Positions 8,513 through 18,482 of a stretch of DNA of 64,000 nt are shown here, piece by piece. A model generated the notes under the pieces. That model did no database searches. It worked only from the letters and a program-made list of their open reading frames with translations, and was not told the origin of the DNA. Within the stretch, counting starts at the first letter, position 1. Every line of letters starts with the position of its first letter. Made by a program: the position numbers and the translations under genes. Origin of the DNA: Candidatus Omnitrophota bacterium (lineage in GTDB: Bacteria > Omnitrophota > Omnitrophia > Omnitrophales > JACROU01). The stretch is taken from assembly GCA_029261035.1 (NCBI GenBank), contig JAJDCD010000023.1, positions 557,126 to 621,125 of the forward strand, read 5' to 3'.

Positions 8513-9253
8513 CTAACCTTTACTTGTTTCTAAGGCCTCTAACTTTTTAATGCGATCAGGGGTTGGAGGGTGAGTGCTTAAGAACCCAGGGGAACTCGAA
8601 CCTCCTTCAAGCGCTTGGAGTTTTCTTAAAAAATTGGTCAGTCCATCTGAAGGTCGGTCTGCTTTTTGTAATAACATATAACCTATTTCGTCGGCTTCGT
8701 ATTCATCGCTTCGGCTGTACTTGCTTAAAATACTCCCTTGGGCTATTTGAACCGCAATGTCTTTGACTTGATTTTGATTTCCTTGTAAAACTAAACCTGA
8801 AAGGTAACTTAACCCATAAGCTCTTGTAAGAGATTTTGTGGGGTGTCTTTCATAAGCATGACCTATTTCGTGAGCCATAACTCCAGCAACCTCATTTTCA
8901 CTTGCCATAGTTAGAAGCCCTGTATGAACATAGATAGAACCTCCGGGTATAGTGAAGGCATTAGGGGAGTTGTCTTCTACCACAAAGAATTTATAATCAA
9001 AACTTTGATTGGGCAAGGCTTGTACCAACTGACTTCCTAAGGTTTGGACAAGGGTGTTGGAGCTACCTCCCCCTACTATTTTCATTTCGCTGGATATGGC
9101 CGAGGACATATCAACACCTAAGGATTTTTCCTGATCAATCGAAATGATATTTGCATCCGAAATAAAACTACCTACAGAGGCACAGCTAGAAAGAGCAAAA
9201 GAAAGAGTGAGCAGGAACATAATTTTACTTAGGACATTTTTCATTAGAATCAC
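8513..9253 (-). CDS. M48-family zinc metallopeptidase lipoprotein
   Basis: HEIGH motif (MAHEIGHAYERH); lipobox ALSSC; ~240 aa. Confidence 0.75.
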   Translation of the reverse strand: MILMKNVLSKIMFLLTLSFALSSCASVGSFISDANIISIDQEKSLGVDMSSAISSEMKIVGGGSSNTLVQTLGSQLVQALPNQSFDYKFFVVEDNSPNAFTIPGGSIYVHTGLLTMASENEVAGVMAHEIGHAYERHPTKSLTRAYGLSYLSGLVLQGNQNQVKDIAVQIAQGSILSKYSRSDEYEADEIGYMLLQKADRPSDGLTNFLRKLQALEGGSSSPGFLSTHPPTPDRIKKLEALETSKG

Positions 9254-9429
9254 CTATATTTTAATAATAGCATTTAAAAAGAGTTATCCATATAAAGAGA
9301 TTTACAATTAGTATGGGATTCAGTAGTATAACTGTTTACTTATTATAATTTCGACATATTTATAGTAGTTTTGAGATTTAGTTTTTGATTTACCTAATTA
9401 TGTCTAATTCAAAAATTGTGAGGCTATTA

Positions 9430-10974
9430 ATGAGAAATACTTACACAGGAATTCTTTCCACTTTGGTTTTAGTAGTATCATTTGCTCTGGTCGGTTGCGG
9501 AACTATGAGTTACTCGGGCAATAATGTTAGCAAATCTTCCAGTCAATCTTCAATAACGAATGGTATGAGCGTCATTAAATCAGCATTTCCTACAGGGAGC
9601 ACCTCTAGTAGTGTTCTTGGAATTAAAAAGTGGGCTCCAGCTGAAGTGCGTGTGGGTCAACCAACAGATTTTTACATTGAAGTAAGCAATTTGACAAACT
9701 TGAAATTAAACAATGTGGTGGTTTCTGAGGGGCTTTCTAATGATGAGAAAGCAAATTCAGGTAATTTCAAATTGACGTCTTCTAGTCCTGAAGTTTCTGG
9801 AGATGCAGATACTCTTATTTGGAATTTGGGTAATTTGGATCCAAAAGAAAGTCGCACGATTAAGTTTACAGGAGTTTCTAGTGGTGTTGGGCCCATTCCT
9901 TGTTGTACCGAAGTAACTTATGATCCAACTCTTTGCTTGAAACAGAATATCGTTGATCCAGGTCTTGCTTTGGCGATTCAAGCGCCTGCAGAAGCAATTC
10001 TTTGTGACAGTATTCCTTTAACTTTTACTGTTTCTAACCCAGGAAGAGGGTCTGCGAGGAATGTGATCATTACTTCTCTGCTTCCTTCAGGATTAAAAAC
10101 GTTAGATGGAAAAAACTCTGTTTCTTACAATGCAAATGAATTGCCTTCTGGTGAAAAGCGTGAATTTACAGTAAATGTAAAAGCAGCTCAGCCTGGAAAA
10201 TATTCTTCTCAAGGAACTGCTACAGCGGATTCTGGATTATCTACAAAAGCTCAACCCGTAAGCGTTCTTGTCCGCCAACCAAAATTGGCTCTCAATATTT
10301 CTGGTCCAAGCACCATTATTATTGGACGAAATGTTCAGTACAAGATTGCGGTCAGCAATCGAGGAGATGCGATTGCTAAGGGTGTTGTGATTGAAAGCCC
10401 ACTACCTTCTTATATGACTTTTGTTAGTGCTTCTGACGGTGGAAGTGCTTCTGATGGGAAAGTGATTTGGAGTGTTGGTTCTATTCCTCCAAATCAATCT
10501 AAGAATATTACTGTTACATTAAAATCTTCAAAATTAGGATCTGCTACTAGCTCCGTTGTGGCTTCCGGAGTATGTTGTAATGACGCTTCTGCAGTTGCGA
10601 GCACAGAGCTTAAAGGTGTTCCTGCTGTTCTTCTTGAAGTGATAGATGTTAAGGATCCAATTAGCGTTGGAGAGAGCACAACCTATATTATCAATGTAAC
10701 AAACCAGGGTTCTGCTAAAGATACAAATATTAAGATTACAGGTTTCTTGGAAGACAATGTTATGTTTGTTAGTGCTTCTGGAGCAACAAGGGGTAGTTTG
10801 AATGGTGTGAAAGTTGAATTTATTCCTTTAGCTTCTTTAGAGGTTGGACAAAAGGCTTCTTGGATTATCGAAGTTAAAGCGGTTAAGCCGGGTGACAGTC
10901 GTTTTAAGGCTATAATGACAACCGACCAATTAACTCGTCCTGTTGGGGAAAGTGAAGCTACTAACGTTTATTAA
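9430..10974 (+). CDS. surface lipoprotein with four DUF11 repeat domains
   Basis: lipobox LVGC after MRNTYTGILSTLVLVVSFA; four ~95-aa repeats sharing V(S/T)N(R/Q/P)G...A...V motifs (FTVSNPGRGSARNV, IAVSNRGDAIAKGV, IINVTNQGSAKDTN); GAGG RBS before 9430. Confidence 0.6.
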   Translation: MRNTYTGILSTLVLVVSFALVGCGTMSYSGNNVSKSSSQSSITNGMSVIKSAFPTGSTSSSVLGIKKWAPAEVRVGQPTDFYIEVSNLTNLKLNNVVVSEGLSNDEKANSGNFKLTSSSPEVSGDADTLIWNLGNLDPKESRTIKFTGVSSGVGPIPCCTEVTYDPTLCLKQNIVDPGLALAIQAPAEAILCDSIPLTFTVSNPGRGSARNVIITSLLPSGLKTLDGKNSVSYNANELPSGEKREFTVNVKAAQPGKYSSQGTATADSGLSTKAQPVSVLVRQPKLALNISGPSTIIIGRNVQYKIAVSNRGDAIAKGVVIESPLPSYMTFVSASDGGSASDGKVIWSVGSIPPNQSKNITVTLKSSKLGSATSSVVASGVCCNDASAVASTELKGVPAVLLEVIDVKDPISVGESTTYIINVTNQGSAKDTNIKITGFLEDNVMFVSASGATRGSLNGVKVEFIPLASLEVGQKASWIIEVKAVKPGDSRFKAIMTTDQLTRPVGESEATNVY

Positions 10975-10992
10975 TATTCTAATATAAGAATA

Positions 10993-11028
10993 AAGGGGTG
11001 GAGAGAAATCTTTCCACCCCTTTTTTTT
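10993..11028 (+). terminator. rho-independent terminator
   Basis: aaggggtggagagaaatctttccacccc followed by tttttttt. Confidence 0.8.
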
Positions 11029-11040
11029 ATGGTGTGATGT

Positions 11041-12078
11041 ATGAACGATAAAAATTCTAGTTGTCATCAACCGAAAGCGCCTTGGTATTTAAAGCCTCTG
11101 GTTATTGTTTCTTTGATAACAATAGCTTTATTAATGCTTTCTGTTTTTATTTCGTTTCTAAAACCCTTTCAAATTTCATTTATAGAATATGCACAGATGG
11201 TGACTTTCCCTATATTGCTCGGATTTTTTCTTGGGGGAATGATAGATCGGTTTGTTCCTAAAGAATATGTTAGTAAAGTATTAGGAAGTAAAAAGAAAAG
11301 AACGGTTGTTTATGCTGTTGCTCTTGGTTTTTTAATGAGTGCTTGCAGTCATGGCATTTTGGCATTGTCGATGCAGCTTCACAAAAAAGGGGCAGCAGGT
11401 TCTTCCGTTGTCGCTTTTTTATTAGCGAGTCCATGGGCTAATTTAGCCATTACCGTTTTACTTGTAGGGTTTTTTGGTCTGAAGGCTTTTTTGATTATTC
11501 TTTCTGCTCTTTTGATTGCTTTATCAACAGGCATTTTTTTTCAATTTTTAGAATCAAAAAATAAAATAGAGATCAATAAAAATGTATTAGAAATTGAGAC
11601 TCATTTTTCGATTTTTGAGGATGTGAAGAGACGCTTTGAAGAATATCGTTGGGGGTGGGGTCAGTTTAAGTTAGATTGTATTGGGGTAGGACGAGGAATT
11701 TTTTCGCTGATGGAAATGGTTCTTTGGTGGATTTTAATCGGAATGGTATTGGCTAGTTTGATTTCTGCATATATGCCTCATGATATTTTTCAGCGCTTTT
11801 TAGCACCCAATGGAATGGGGCTCCTCATAACACTTTTAGCGGCAACGGTGATTGAAGTATGCTCCGAAGGAAGCGCTCCTTTAGCTTTTGAAATCTTTCG
11901 TCAAACAGGAGCCTTTGGAAATGCGTTTGTTTTTCTGATGGGGGGTGTCGTCACCGATTATACAGAAATAGGGCTTGTATGGACGAATTTAGGCAAAAAA
12001 ACAGCCCTTTGGATGATAGTTGCTACTCTTCCTCAGGTTTTGTTTATGGGCTTTTTGCTTAATCTCATTCGATCATAG
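11041..12078 (+). CDS. DUF318/ArsP-family permease
   Basis: 8-10 TM segments; duplicated motifs SACSHG...ASPWANL and VCSEGSAPLAFE typical of the two-repeat DUF318 predicted-permease family. Confidence 0.55.
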   Translation: MNDKNSSCHQPKAPWYLKPLVIVSLITIALLMLSVFISFLKPFQISFIEYAQMVTFPILLGFFLGGMIDRFVPKEYVSKVLGSKKKRTVVYAVALGFLMSACSHGILALSMQLHKKGAAGSSVVAFLLASPWANLAITVLLVGFFGLKAFLIILSALLIALSTGIFFQFLESKNKIEINKNVLEIETHFSIFEDVKRRFEEYRWGWGQFKLDCIGVGRGIFSLMEMVLWWILIGMVLASLISAYMPHDIFQRFLAPNGMGLLITLLAATVIEVCSEGSAPLAFEIFRQTGAFGNAFVFLMGGVVTDYTEIGLVWTNLGKKTALWMIVATLPQVLFMGFLLNLIRS

Positions 12079-12093
12079 GGAGAGACTAAACAA

Positions 12094-12672
12094 TTGAAGA
12101 GCTTAGAGAGTTTGTTGAAAGAGATTCGAGCTTGTACGGTTTGTGAGAAACACTTACCTTTAGGAGCGAATCCGATTGTGAGGGCCAAGAAGTCAGCGAA
12201 GCTTTTAATTGTGGGACAAGCCCCTGGAACAAAAGTTCATCAAACGGGGATTCCGTGGAACGATCCTAGTGGTGATCGTTTGAGAGATTGGCTGGATATG
12301 GATCGAGATACGTTTTATAATGAAGATTATATTGCGATTGTCCCAATGGGATTCTGTTATCCGGGAAAGGGAAAATCAGGAGACTTACCTCCTAGAGAAG
12401 AGTGTGCTCCCTTGTGGCATGAAAAAGTTTTAAATCAATGTTCTAATGTAGAACTTGTCTTGCTGATCGGAATGTATTCTCAAAATTATTATCTTGAGTC
12501 CAAATCTACTTTAACCGAGACTGTTAGGTCGTGGAAGGAATATGGGCCGCTCTACTTTCCGTTACCACATCCTTCTCCTAGAAATCGTTTGTGGGTAAAA
12601 AAGAATGATTGGTTTGAAAAAGAAGTTGTTCCTATTTTGAGAAAAAGAGTTAAAAAATTATTTAAAGGATAA
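12094..12672 (+). CDS. uracil-DNA glycosylase superfamily protein (family 4/5-like, Fe-S type)
   Basis: TTG start; N-terminal CTVCEKH; GQAPG motif; HPSPRN motif near the C-terminus. Confidence 0.6.
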   Translation: MKSLESLLKEIRACTVCEKHLPLGANPIVRAKKSAKLLIVGQAPGTKVHQTGIPWNDPSGDRLRDWLDMDRDTFYNEDYIAIVPMGFCYPGKGKSGDLPPREECAPLWHEKVLNQCSNVELVLLIGMYSQNYYLESKSTLTETVRSWKEYGPLYFPLPHPSPRNRLWVKKNDWFEKEVVPILRKRVKKLFKG

Positions 12673-12676
12673 AGAG

Positions 12677-13678
12677 GTGAAGTTTATGTTAAGAAGATTG
12701 TTCGTGGTGTTAATGGTTTTAGGTTTTGTTTTTAGTTTGGGAGATTCTATTTATGCGAGCGGGTGGCGTTATGACTTAAAAGATTATTCGAATGCAGGTC
12801 ATGGCCCTGGAGAAGTTATTGATGCTCAAAAACCGCAGTCATTTAACGTTCCTGTAATGAAGGAAGGTAAGGATTATTTACAATTCTTTGCTATAGGTTG
12901 TGCGGGGTCGGGAAATGAGGGGCAGAGAATTATAGGTCGAAGGATGTCGGAAGTTGCTTCTAAAGAAGACGTCTCGTTTGTTCTTTATTTAGGGGACAAT
13001 TTTTACGGTCGAGGAGTGGATTCCGTAAAGGATAAAAAATGGAAGACTCAATTTGAAGATATTTACTTTCAAGACTCCTTACAAATTCCATTTTATGCTG
13101 TGTTAGGAAATCATGGTTATCATAAAAATCCATTAGCTCAAGTTGAGTATGGATTAACAAATGAGCGATGGAAAATGCCAGATCGTTTTTATCGTTTTAG
13201 CAAAACTCTTCCAGATGGAACGGAAGTTGATTTCTTTGGGATTGATACAGAGGCAATTATAAATAAATCGGACGCTAAGCAGTTGGTTTGGTTGGATCGC
13301 GAGTTAAAACGATCGGATGCTGATTGGAAAATTGTTTATGGCCATCATCCTTTATACACAGGTGACAAGTTTCATCATGAACGCGCTGAAAAAGCACGCA
13401 TTTTATTAGAACCTATTTTGATGAATAACAAAGTGGACTTATACCTTTCGGCCCATAGTCATAACATACAAGCCTTCAGACCGATTAAAGGAATTAATCA
13501 TTTGGTGACGGGTGCGGCTTCTCGTCCCAGGGATTTGAGATGGATTGAAAATACGATCTTTGCAAGTGCTGATTTAGGAGTTTCTTGGTTGAGAATTTCG
13601 AAAGAAAAAATAGATGTTTTAATTATTGATAAAGAAGGTAAGACGCAATTTGCTTATGAAATTAGTCCTAAAATTTAA
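12677..13678 (+). CDS. secreted calcineurin-like metallophosphoesterase (purple acid phosphatase-like)
   Basis: signal peptide; GDNFY, GNHGY, GHHP and AHSH metallophosphatase motifs. Confidence 0.7.
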   Translation: MKFMLRRLFVVLMVLGFVFSLGDSIYASGWRYDLKDYSNAGHGPGEVIDAQKPQSFNVPVMKEGKDYLQFFAIGCAGSGNEGQRIIGRRMSEVASKEDVSFVLYLGDNFYGRGVDSVKDKKWKTQFEDIYFQDSLQIPFYAVLGNHGYHKNPLAQVEYGLTNERWKMPDRFYRFSKTLPDGTEVDFFGIDTEAIINKSDAKQLVWLDRELKRSDADWKIVYGHHPLYTGDKFHHERAEKARILLEPILMNNKVDLYLSAHSHNIQAFRPIKGINHLVTGAASRPRDLRWIENTIFASADLGVSWLRISKEKIDVLIIDKEGKTQFAYEISPKI

Positions 13679-13704
13679 TTAGGATTTCAATAAGGAGTAA
13701 AAGC

Positions 13705-14148
13705 ATGTCAGATATTTTGCATCGTATTGGTGTTAAACAAAAATCGGATAAAGTTTATGAAGCCTTAACAACGATTGAAGGTTTGTCGGGGTGGTGGACA
13801 CCCCAAGTAAAAGGAACCCCGGATCAAGAAGGTGGGGTTATTGAATTTCGCTTTGGAGAATCGGGCCCAGATATGGAAGTTCGTACTTTGATTTTAAATA
13901 AACAGGTCGAATGGCTTTGTACTATAGGCCCAGAGGAATGGCTGGGAACGCGAATTAGTTTCTTTATTCAAGATTCAGGAGATGAAACGATAGTTTTGTT
14001 TGGCCATAGGGATTGGCAGTCTCCTAGCGAATTTATGGCACATTGTAGTTGTAAGTGGGCTGCTTTTTTGATTAGCTTAAAAGAATTTTTGGAATCGGGG
14101 AAGGGAAAGCCTTATCCTGATGATTTAAAAGTGGGGGAGTGGGGCTGA
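13705..14148 (+). CDS. SRPBCC-superfamily (AHSA1/START-like) protein
   Basis: 147 aa; N-terminal ...VYEALTTIEGLSGWWT typical of AHSA1-like SRPBCC proteins. Confidence 0.6.
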   Translation: MSDILHRIGVKQKSDKVYEALTTIEGLSGWWTPQVKGTPDQEGGVIEFRFGESGPDMEVRTLILNKQVEWLCTIGPEEWLGTRISFFIQDSGDETIVLFGHRDWQSPSEFMAHCSCKWAAFLISLKEFLESGKGKPYPDDLKVGEWG

Positions 14149-14300
14149 AAATTAAAAAGTTTAAAGTAAAAAATCAGAACCATAATTAAAAACTCAAACA
14201 TGAAGAAAGCTAGAGGTTTTGACTTTATATTAGAAGATTAGATAGTAAAAAGAATTTTTTGGGATTTTAAATTTTTAGTTATGGCTTTTACTTTTTACTT
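14149..14300. repeat. AT-rich ~150-nt intergenic repeat element, copy 1
   Basis: 5' ~45 nt and 3' ~35 nt closely match 21856..22004 (tttaaagtaaaa..cataattaaaaa ... ttatggcttttactttt..acttttcaattt). Confidence 0.6.
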
Positions 14301-17300
14301 TTCAATTTCCACAAGGTGTTCTTTGAGTTGTTTTTGCAAAGGATCCGCGCCAATGGTTCCAGAAAGTTGTTCTATGTAGTCTGGTTTTTGAATTGCTTTA
14401 AAATACTGTTCTGCTTTTTCTAGCTGTTCTCTACTTCCCTTTTTTTGCTCTAAGTATTTAATATGTTTCTTCCAAAGATGAAGGTCTCTTTCTTGCTTTG
14501 TTCTTAGTCTATCTTGATACCAATCGCTTTCGAGTAGGTGTTTTTTTGTGAACAAATTTCTTATGTCTTTATGGTGCAAATCTTTTCCTTCGAAGTTCCC
14601 TTCAGCCATAATGTGAATTAATGCTTTGAGAGGAGGGCACAAGGCTTCGACACTTCCATCTTGAAGGTAATTTTCAGCGACTCTTTTTTGTGTAGCGACT
14701 AAGTTGTTAATTCCATCAACAAAAGAGAGTGCGTCTTGTTTTTCTGGTTTGAGCATTTCTTCGGTAAAAACAGCATTCGGATTATTAAAGATACGACCTA
14801 AGAAAGAATGAACAAATTTAATGGTAATTCGATAACCTAAAATGCTAGCGAGTACAGTTTTTCCTTCATAATCAAAATTTCTTACTTTTTCTAAATAACC
14901 ATTTTCGATTAAAAATTGAGGGTTTCTTTCAGCAACAGTCATGCGGCACCAAATTTCTGGAATGAGTAAACTGATGTCATGGTCCACTTTGTATTTAGGG
15001 CCAATATAGCCAGCGGCAGATGAAAAACCGTCATAGCCCGTAATCAAGTAGGAAACAAGAGCGTTATTTAAATCAGCAGCACTCCAAAGCGCATTAAAAG
15101 GTCCTTTGGTTAAAGCGCCTTCAGATCCAAAACCTGTTGTAGAAGGAGATTTCCCCGTGACGCTACAAGCAAAGTCCATGAATAATTCGGGTAGTTCCTG
15201 GTAATGAATTGGGTTATATACGGCTAAAGGAGGAACTCCTTGTTTTAAGTCTCTTGGATTGTTTCTGCGTCCTGGTAGCACTGCGTTCACGGGTAAATGA
15301 ACAGGTTTATCTAAAGATATTTTACGATAGAGTTGAGTTCCAATTGTTGCTAAGTATTTGTTGATGGGTTCTATATGATCCGGTCTTGTTTGTAAATAGC
15401 GTGGATTTTTTGTCATTTGACCATCAATAATTCTTGGGATAGAGGAACATACAACATAATCTGGTTTTTGGTCTGATGTAAAACGAGTGAGTAAGTCTTT
15501 GACGGGTTCTGTGTATTGCTCGAAACCGATGGCATCTTGTATGATTTCTTTTGCTTGGTTTTGACTTAGGGGTTCGTAGTTTGAAAGAAAGGAGTTTGAG
15601 GTTGAAAGGTCCAACTCTCCTTGTTTGTCGTATCCTATATGAATGCAATCGTCCGGTCTTTGGAATAAACGATTTTCACAATTGATTACCATTTTTACGC
15701 TATCATTTTTATAGTGAGGATTTAAATCATTTAAATATTTTTTTGGAACAACAACAGAAGCAGTAATGTCGTCTTCGGTTTGAATTTTTTCTGATGCATT
15801 ATAATCCTGTCTTAGCTTGTAAATCCTCCAAGAACCATCGGTTTCATGGCCTACGCGTAAATAGTTAGATACTAATTTTTTTTGTTCGTATTTAAGCTCA
15901 TGACCTAAACTGCCATTAATCATGTCGACAGAAAAATGTTCTTGCCAATTCTCACCCCATTCGGGACGGTAGTGTCGTTTGACTACAAACACAATATCTT
16001 TGATGTGTCTAGGGATTGCCTCTAACCAAGAGTTGTATTCATCCGTGTATTCTAAAGAAGGGGTGAATAGTTTGATTACAGAACCCAAAGAACGTTGAGG
16101 GCTTAGAAGGGGGCGGCTTTCTCTCTTTTCTTGATGAGGGAGGCGGAAGCGTATTCCAAAATCTTTGCTTAATATTTCTGTAACCATTTTCATGTCTTGA
16201 TGGAAGTCGGCAGTAAATACAGGGCCTTGAATCATGGCGTCTTGAATAGATTTAGAAATTTCCGATTTTCCACCACCAGAAACGGTGCACGGCTTATGAC
16301 AAAAAGTTCCTTCTCCCATAGTTCCTATCAGTTTCCAAGAATGACTTCCTTTTTGTTTTTCTAATTTTATTTTATATCCAGAGGGTAAGACGTAAGTGTG
16401 ATAAGCCAACAGTTTTATTTGTTGATCTTGGCCTTCGTGGGACCAAGTAATAGTTTGATCTTGTATGCGAAACCAAGCATTTTCGGGGATGTAAACAATG
16501 TTGGGATATTTTTTATCTGTAGCATAACCCTCAGGGTGGACATCCATAATTTCTTTATATAAATTAAGAACATCTTTGAAAGTGCTTTGATTTTCAGGCA
16601 AAATACTTTCTAAATGGAACTCTTCTCCTAAATCATAAGTTGGAAAAGCGATAGCTCCGCCAGAATGCTCTTCTTCACTGAGTCCGTATAGGTTGCTAGA
16701 AAAACTGATTTGGGTTTTGACTTCTTTTTTGCAATAACCAAAATAATTATCTGCAATCAAAGTAACCATTATGCCATTTTCATCTCGGCAGGTTGCTTTA
16801 AAAGCAATGCCATCATTGTAAAGTTCGTCTTCCTTACTCCAACACATTCCTTGCTTCTTTTGAGACTCTGTTGCTTCATCTATGTGAGGAAGGCCAAGGT
16901 CTTTCTTTTTTAAATAAATAAGGTGCGGAGCTAGAATAACGCATCCCGTATGGCCTGTCCAATGTTCTGTATCTAACCCAGCATCATTTTCTGGAAGGTA
17001 AGGGTTTCCCGCATTTCCAAAAATGGATTCAACAAAATCTAAATTGCTCACTAGGTTTCCTGGAGCAAAGAAGCGTATCTCATTACTTTTTTCTAAAATA
17101 AACCCTGGAACTTCCGGACATACGATGGGACGTAAAAGAAGCGAAACAAATAAATGATCCTGCTTTTTTTGAGCAGAAGAAAAAGGTAACAGCATAAGTT
17201 CTTTAGGTGGATTTAAAGCGGCTTCTAGCATTTTTTGGAAAGTAAGTTTTGGGACTGTTAATTTATCTCCAGAGATCGGCATTCCACCTTCTGAAACATG

Positions 17301-17669
17301 AAAAGCCCCTTTGGTTGTACGCCGATCACTTTTAGGGTTATGCAAAATACCTTGCTTGATTCTGTATGAGCATAAAATATCCGATTTAAACTCATCTTTA
17401 TCAAAAGGGAGAGACATGATGCGAGATAAACCATGATGATCTAGAACAAAAGTTTTTCTAGGGAGTTCGATGTTGGTATCTGAAGAAGTGTCTTGAAAAT
17501 AATTATTTAGAAAATCTTCAATACGTTGGTCTGCCGGGCAGACTTCGGGTGCAAAGGATTGATTGTTCAGTTTATTCAATTTGTCTTGAATATACTGAAC
17601 ACCTTCAGCGTTATCTGTTGAGGATACGCTTTTATTAGACTCGATACCTAGAGTAGATTTTAGTGACAT
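14295..17669 (-). CDS. large uncharacterized cytoplasmic protein (1124 aa)
   Basis: long uninterrupted ORF; no signal peptide or TM segments; Ser/Thr-rich polar N-terminus; no motif I can assign confidently (GEGTFCHKPCTVSGGGKSE noted). Confidence 0.6.
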   Translation of the reverse strand: MSLKSTLGIESNKSVSSTDNAEGVQYIQDKLNKLNNQSFAPEVCPADQRIEDFLNNYFQDTSSDTNIELPRKTFVLDHHGLSRIMSLPFDKDEFKSDILCSYRIKQGILHNPKSDRRTTKGAFHVSEGGMPISGDKLTVPKLTFQKMLEAALNPPKELMLLPFSSAQKKQDHLFVSLLLRPIVCPEVPGFILEKSNEIRFFAPGNLVSNLDFVESIFGNAGNPYLPENDAGLDTEHWTGHTGCVILAPHLIYLKKKDLGLPHIDEATESQKKQGMCWSKEDELYNDGIAFKATCRDENGIMVTLIADNYFGYCKKEVKTQISFSSNLYGLSEEEHSGGAIAFPTYDLGEEFHLESILPENQSTFKDVLNLYKEIMDVHPEGYATDKKYPNIVYIPENAWFRIQDQTITWSHEGQDQQIKLLAYHTYVLPSGYKIKLEKQKGSHSWKLIGTMGEGTFCHKPCTVSGGGKSEISKSIQDAMIQGPVFTADFHQDMKMVTEILSKDFGIRFRLPHQEKRESRPLLSPQRSLGSVIKLFTPSLEYTDEYNSWLEAIPRHIKDIVFVVKRHYRPEWGENWQEHFSVDMINGSLGHELKYEQKKLVSNYLRVGHETDGSWRIYKLRQDYNASEKIQTEDDITASVVVPKKYLNDLNPHYKNDSVKMVINCENRLFQRPDDCIHIGYDKQGELDLSTSNSFLSNYEPLSQNQAKEIIQDAIGFEQYTEPVKDLLTRFTSDQKPDYVVCSSIPRIIDGQMTKNPRYLQTRPDHIEPINKYLATIGTQLYRKISLDKPVHLPVNAVLPGRRNNPRDLKQGVPPLAVYNPIHYQELPELFMDFACSVTGKSPSTTGFGSEGALTKGPFNALWSAADLNNALVSYLITGYDGFSSAAGYIGPKYKVDHDISLLIPEIWCRMTVAERNPQFLIENGYLEKVRNFDYEGKTVLASILGYRITIKFVHSFLGRIFNNPNAVFTEEMLKPEKQDALSFVDGINNLVATQKRVAENYLQDGSVEALCPPLKALIHIMAEGNFEGKDLHHKDIRNLFTKKHLLESDWYQDRLRTKQERDLHLWKKHIKYLEQKKGSREQLEKAEQYFKAIQKPDYIEQLSGTIGADPLQKQLKEHLVEIEK

Positions 17670-17810
17670 CTTATTACCCTTTAAATAATGCTTAAAATAG
17701 AGCCTTTCATTGTATATAAATTGGGTTATTAGGTAAAGGGAGAAAGGGGATTTTTGTTTAAAAAGTACTTAAAGGTTGGTTTTGCAGCTGTTTATAGGCT
17801 GTTATCGGAT

Positions 17811-17840
17811 AAAAAGGGGTTGTTTCAACCCCTTTTTTTT
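17811..17840 (-). terminator. terminator downstream of sodC (A/T-run on both sides)
   Basis: aaaaaggggttg-ttt-caacccctttttttt. Confidence 0.75.
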
Positions 17841-17849
17841 AACAGAGAT

Positions 17850-18392
17850 CTATTTTTTTACTAGAATGATACTGCCGCAACCGATGCGGGCTCCAGCATT
17901 TCCAGTGGGCTGACCAAAATCATCTGCCTTGGCATGGACAATAAAAGCCCTGCCACTCACAGTGAAATCAGAGTTTGTTAATGTAAGCTCAGAAAGGGTG
18001 ATGTCGAGCTCTCCATCCCCATTCTTATCAATTGTAATATTGCCTAGATCTCCTGCATGAGCCTTTTTAACGCCATCTTTAGAGAGAAGCCCATGTTCTG
18101 TCCCTTTAGGGTTGTAGTGGCCACCAGCAGCTTTTCCACCTTCGCTACACGAACCATATTGATGGATGTGGAACCCATGTTCTCCTGGCGGAAAATTGGA
18201 TAGTCGAGCGTTGACGACTAAACCCTCTTTAGTGTCTTCGAGGGCTATAATTCCTTGAGCTTTAGAACCTTCTTCGGTTCCTTGAATAATTGCGATTCCT
18301 TTTTGCGCCATAGCAGGTACGCAAGAAGATAAAATAAAAGTAACAAGCATTGAAGATAAAAGTAGTTTTTTCATTTGGACCTCCGTTTTCAA
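17850..18392 (-). CDS. sodC: periplasmic Cu/Zn superoxide dismutase
   Basis: signal peptide; HGFHIHQYGSC, GGHYNP, AGDLGN, IVHAKADD...GNAGARIGCG motifs. Confidence 0.9.
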   Translation of the reverse strand: MKTEVQMKKLLLSSMLVTFILSSCVPAMAQKGIAIIQGTEEGSKAQGIIALEDTKEGLVVNARLSNFPPGEHGFHIHQYGSCSEGGKAAGGHYNPKGTEHGLLSKDGVKKAHAGDLGNITIDKNGDGELDITLSELTLTNSDFTVSGRAFIVHAKADDFGQPTGNAGARIGCGSIILVKK

Positions 18393-18482
18393 TAGTAGAA
18401 GTGTATCACTATTTTTTGGGGGTGGAAAGAGATTAAAATTAATGATATAAGATAGGATTCTATTGAAGAGGATACGAGGCTT

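Noticed and set aside
9672-9981. Two 74-aa minus-strand ORFs inside the DUF11 gene
   Set aside because: They are antisense to a repeat-structured coding region and have no start signals.
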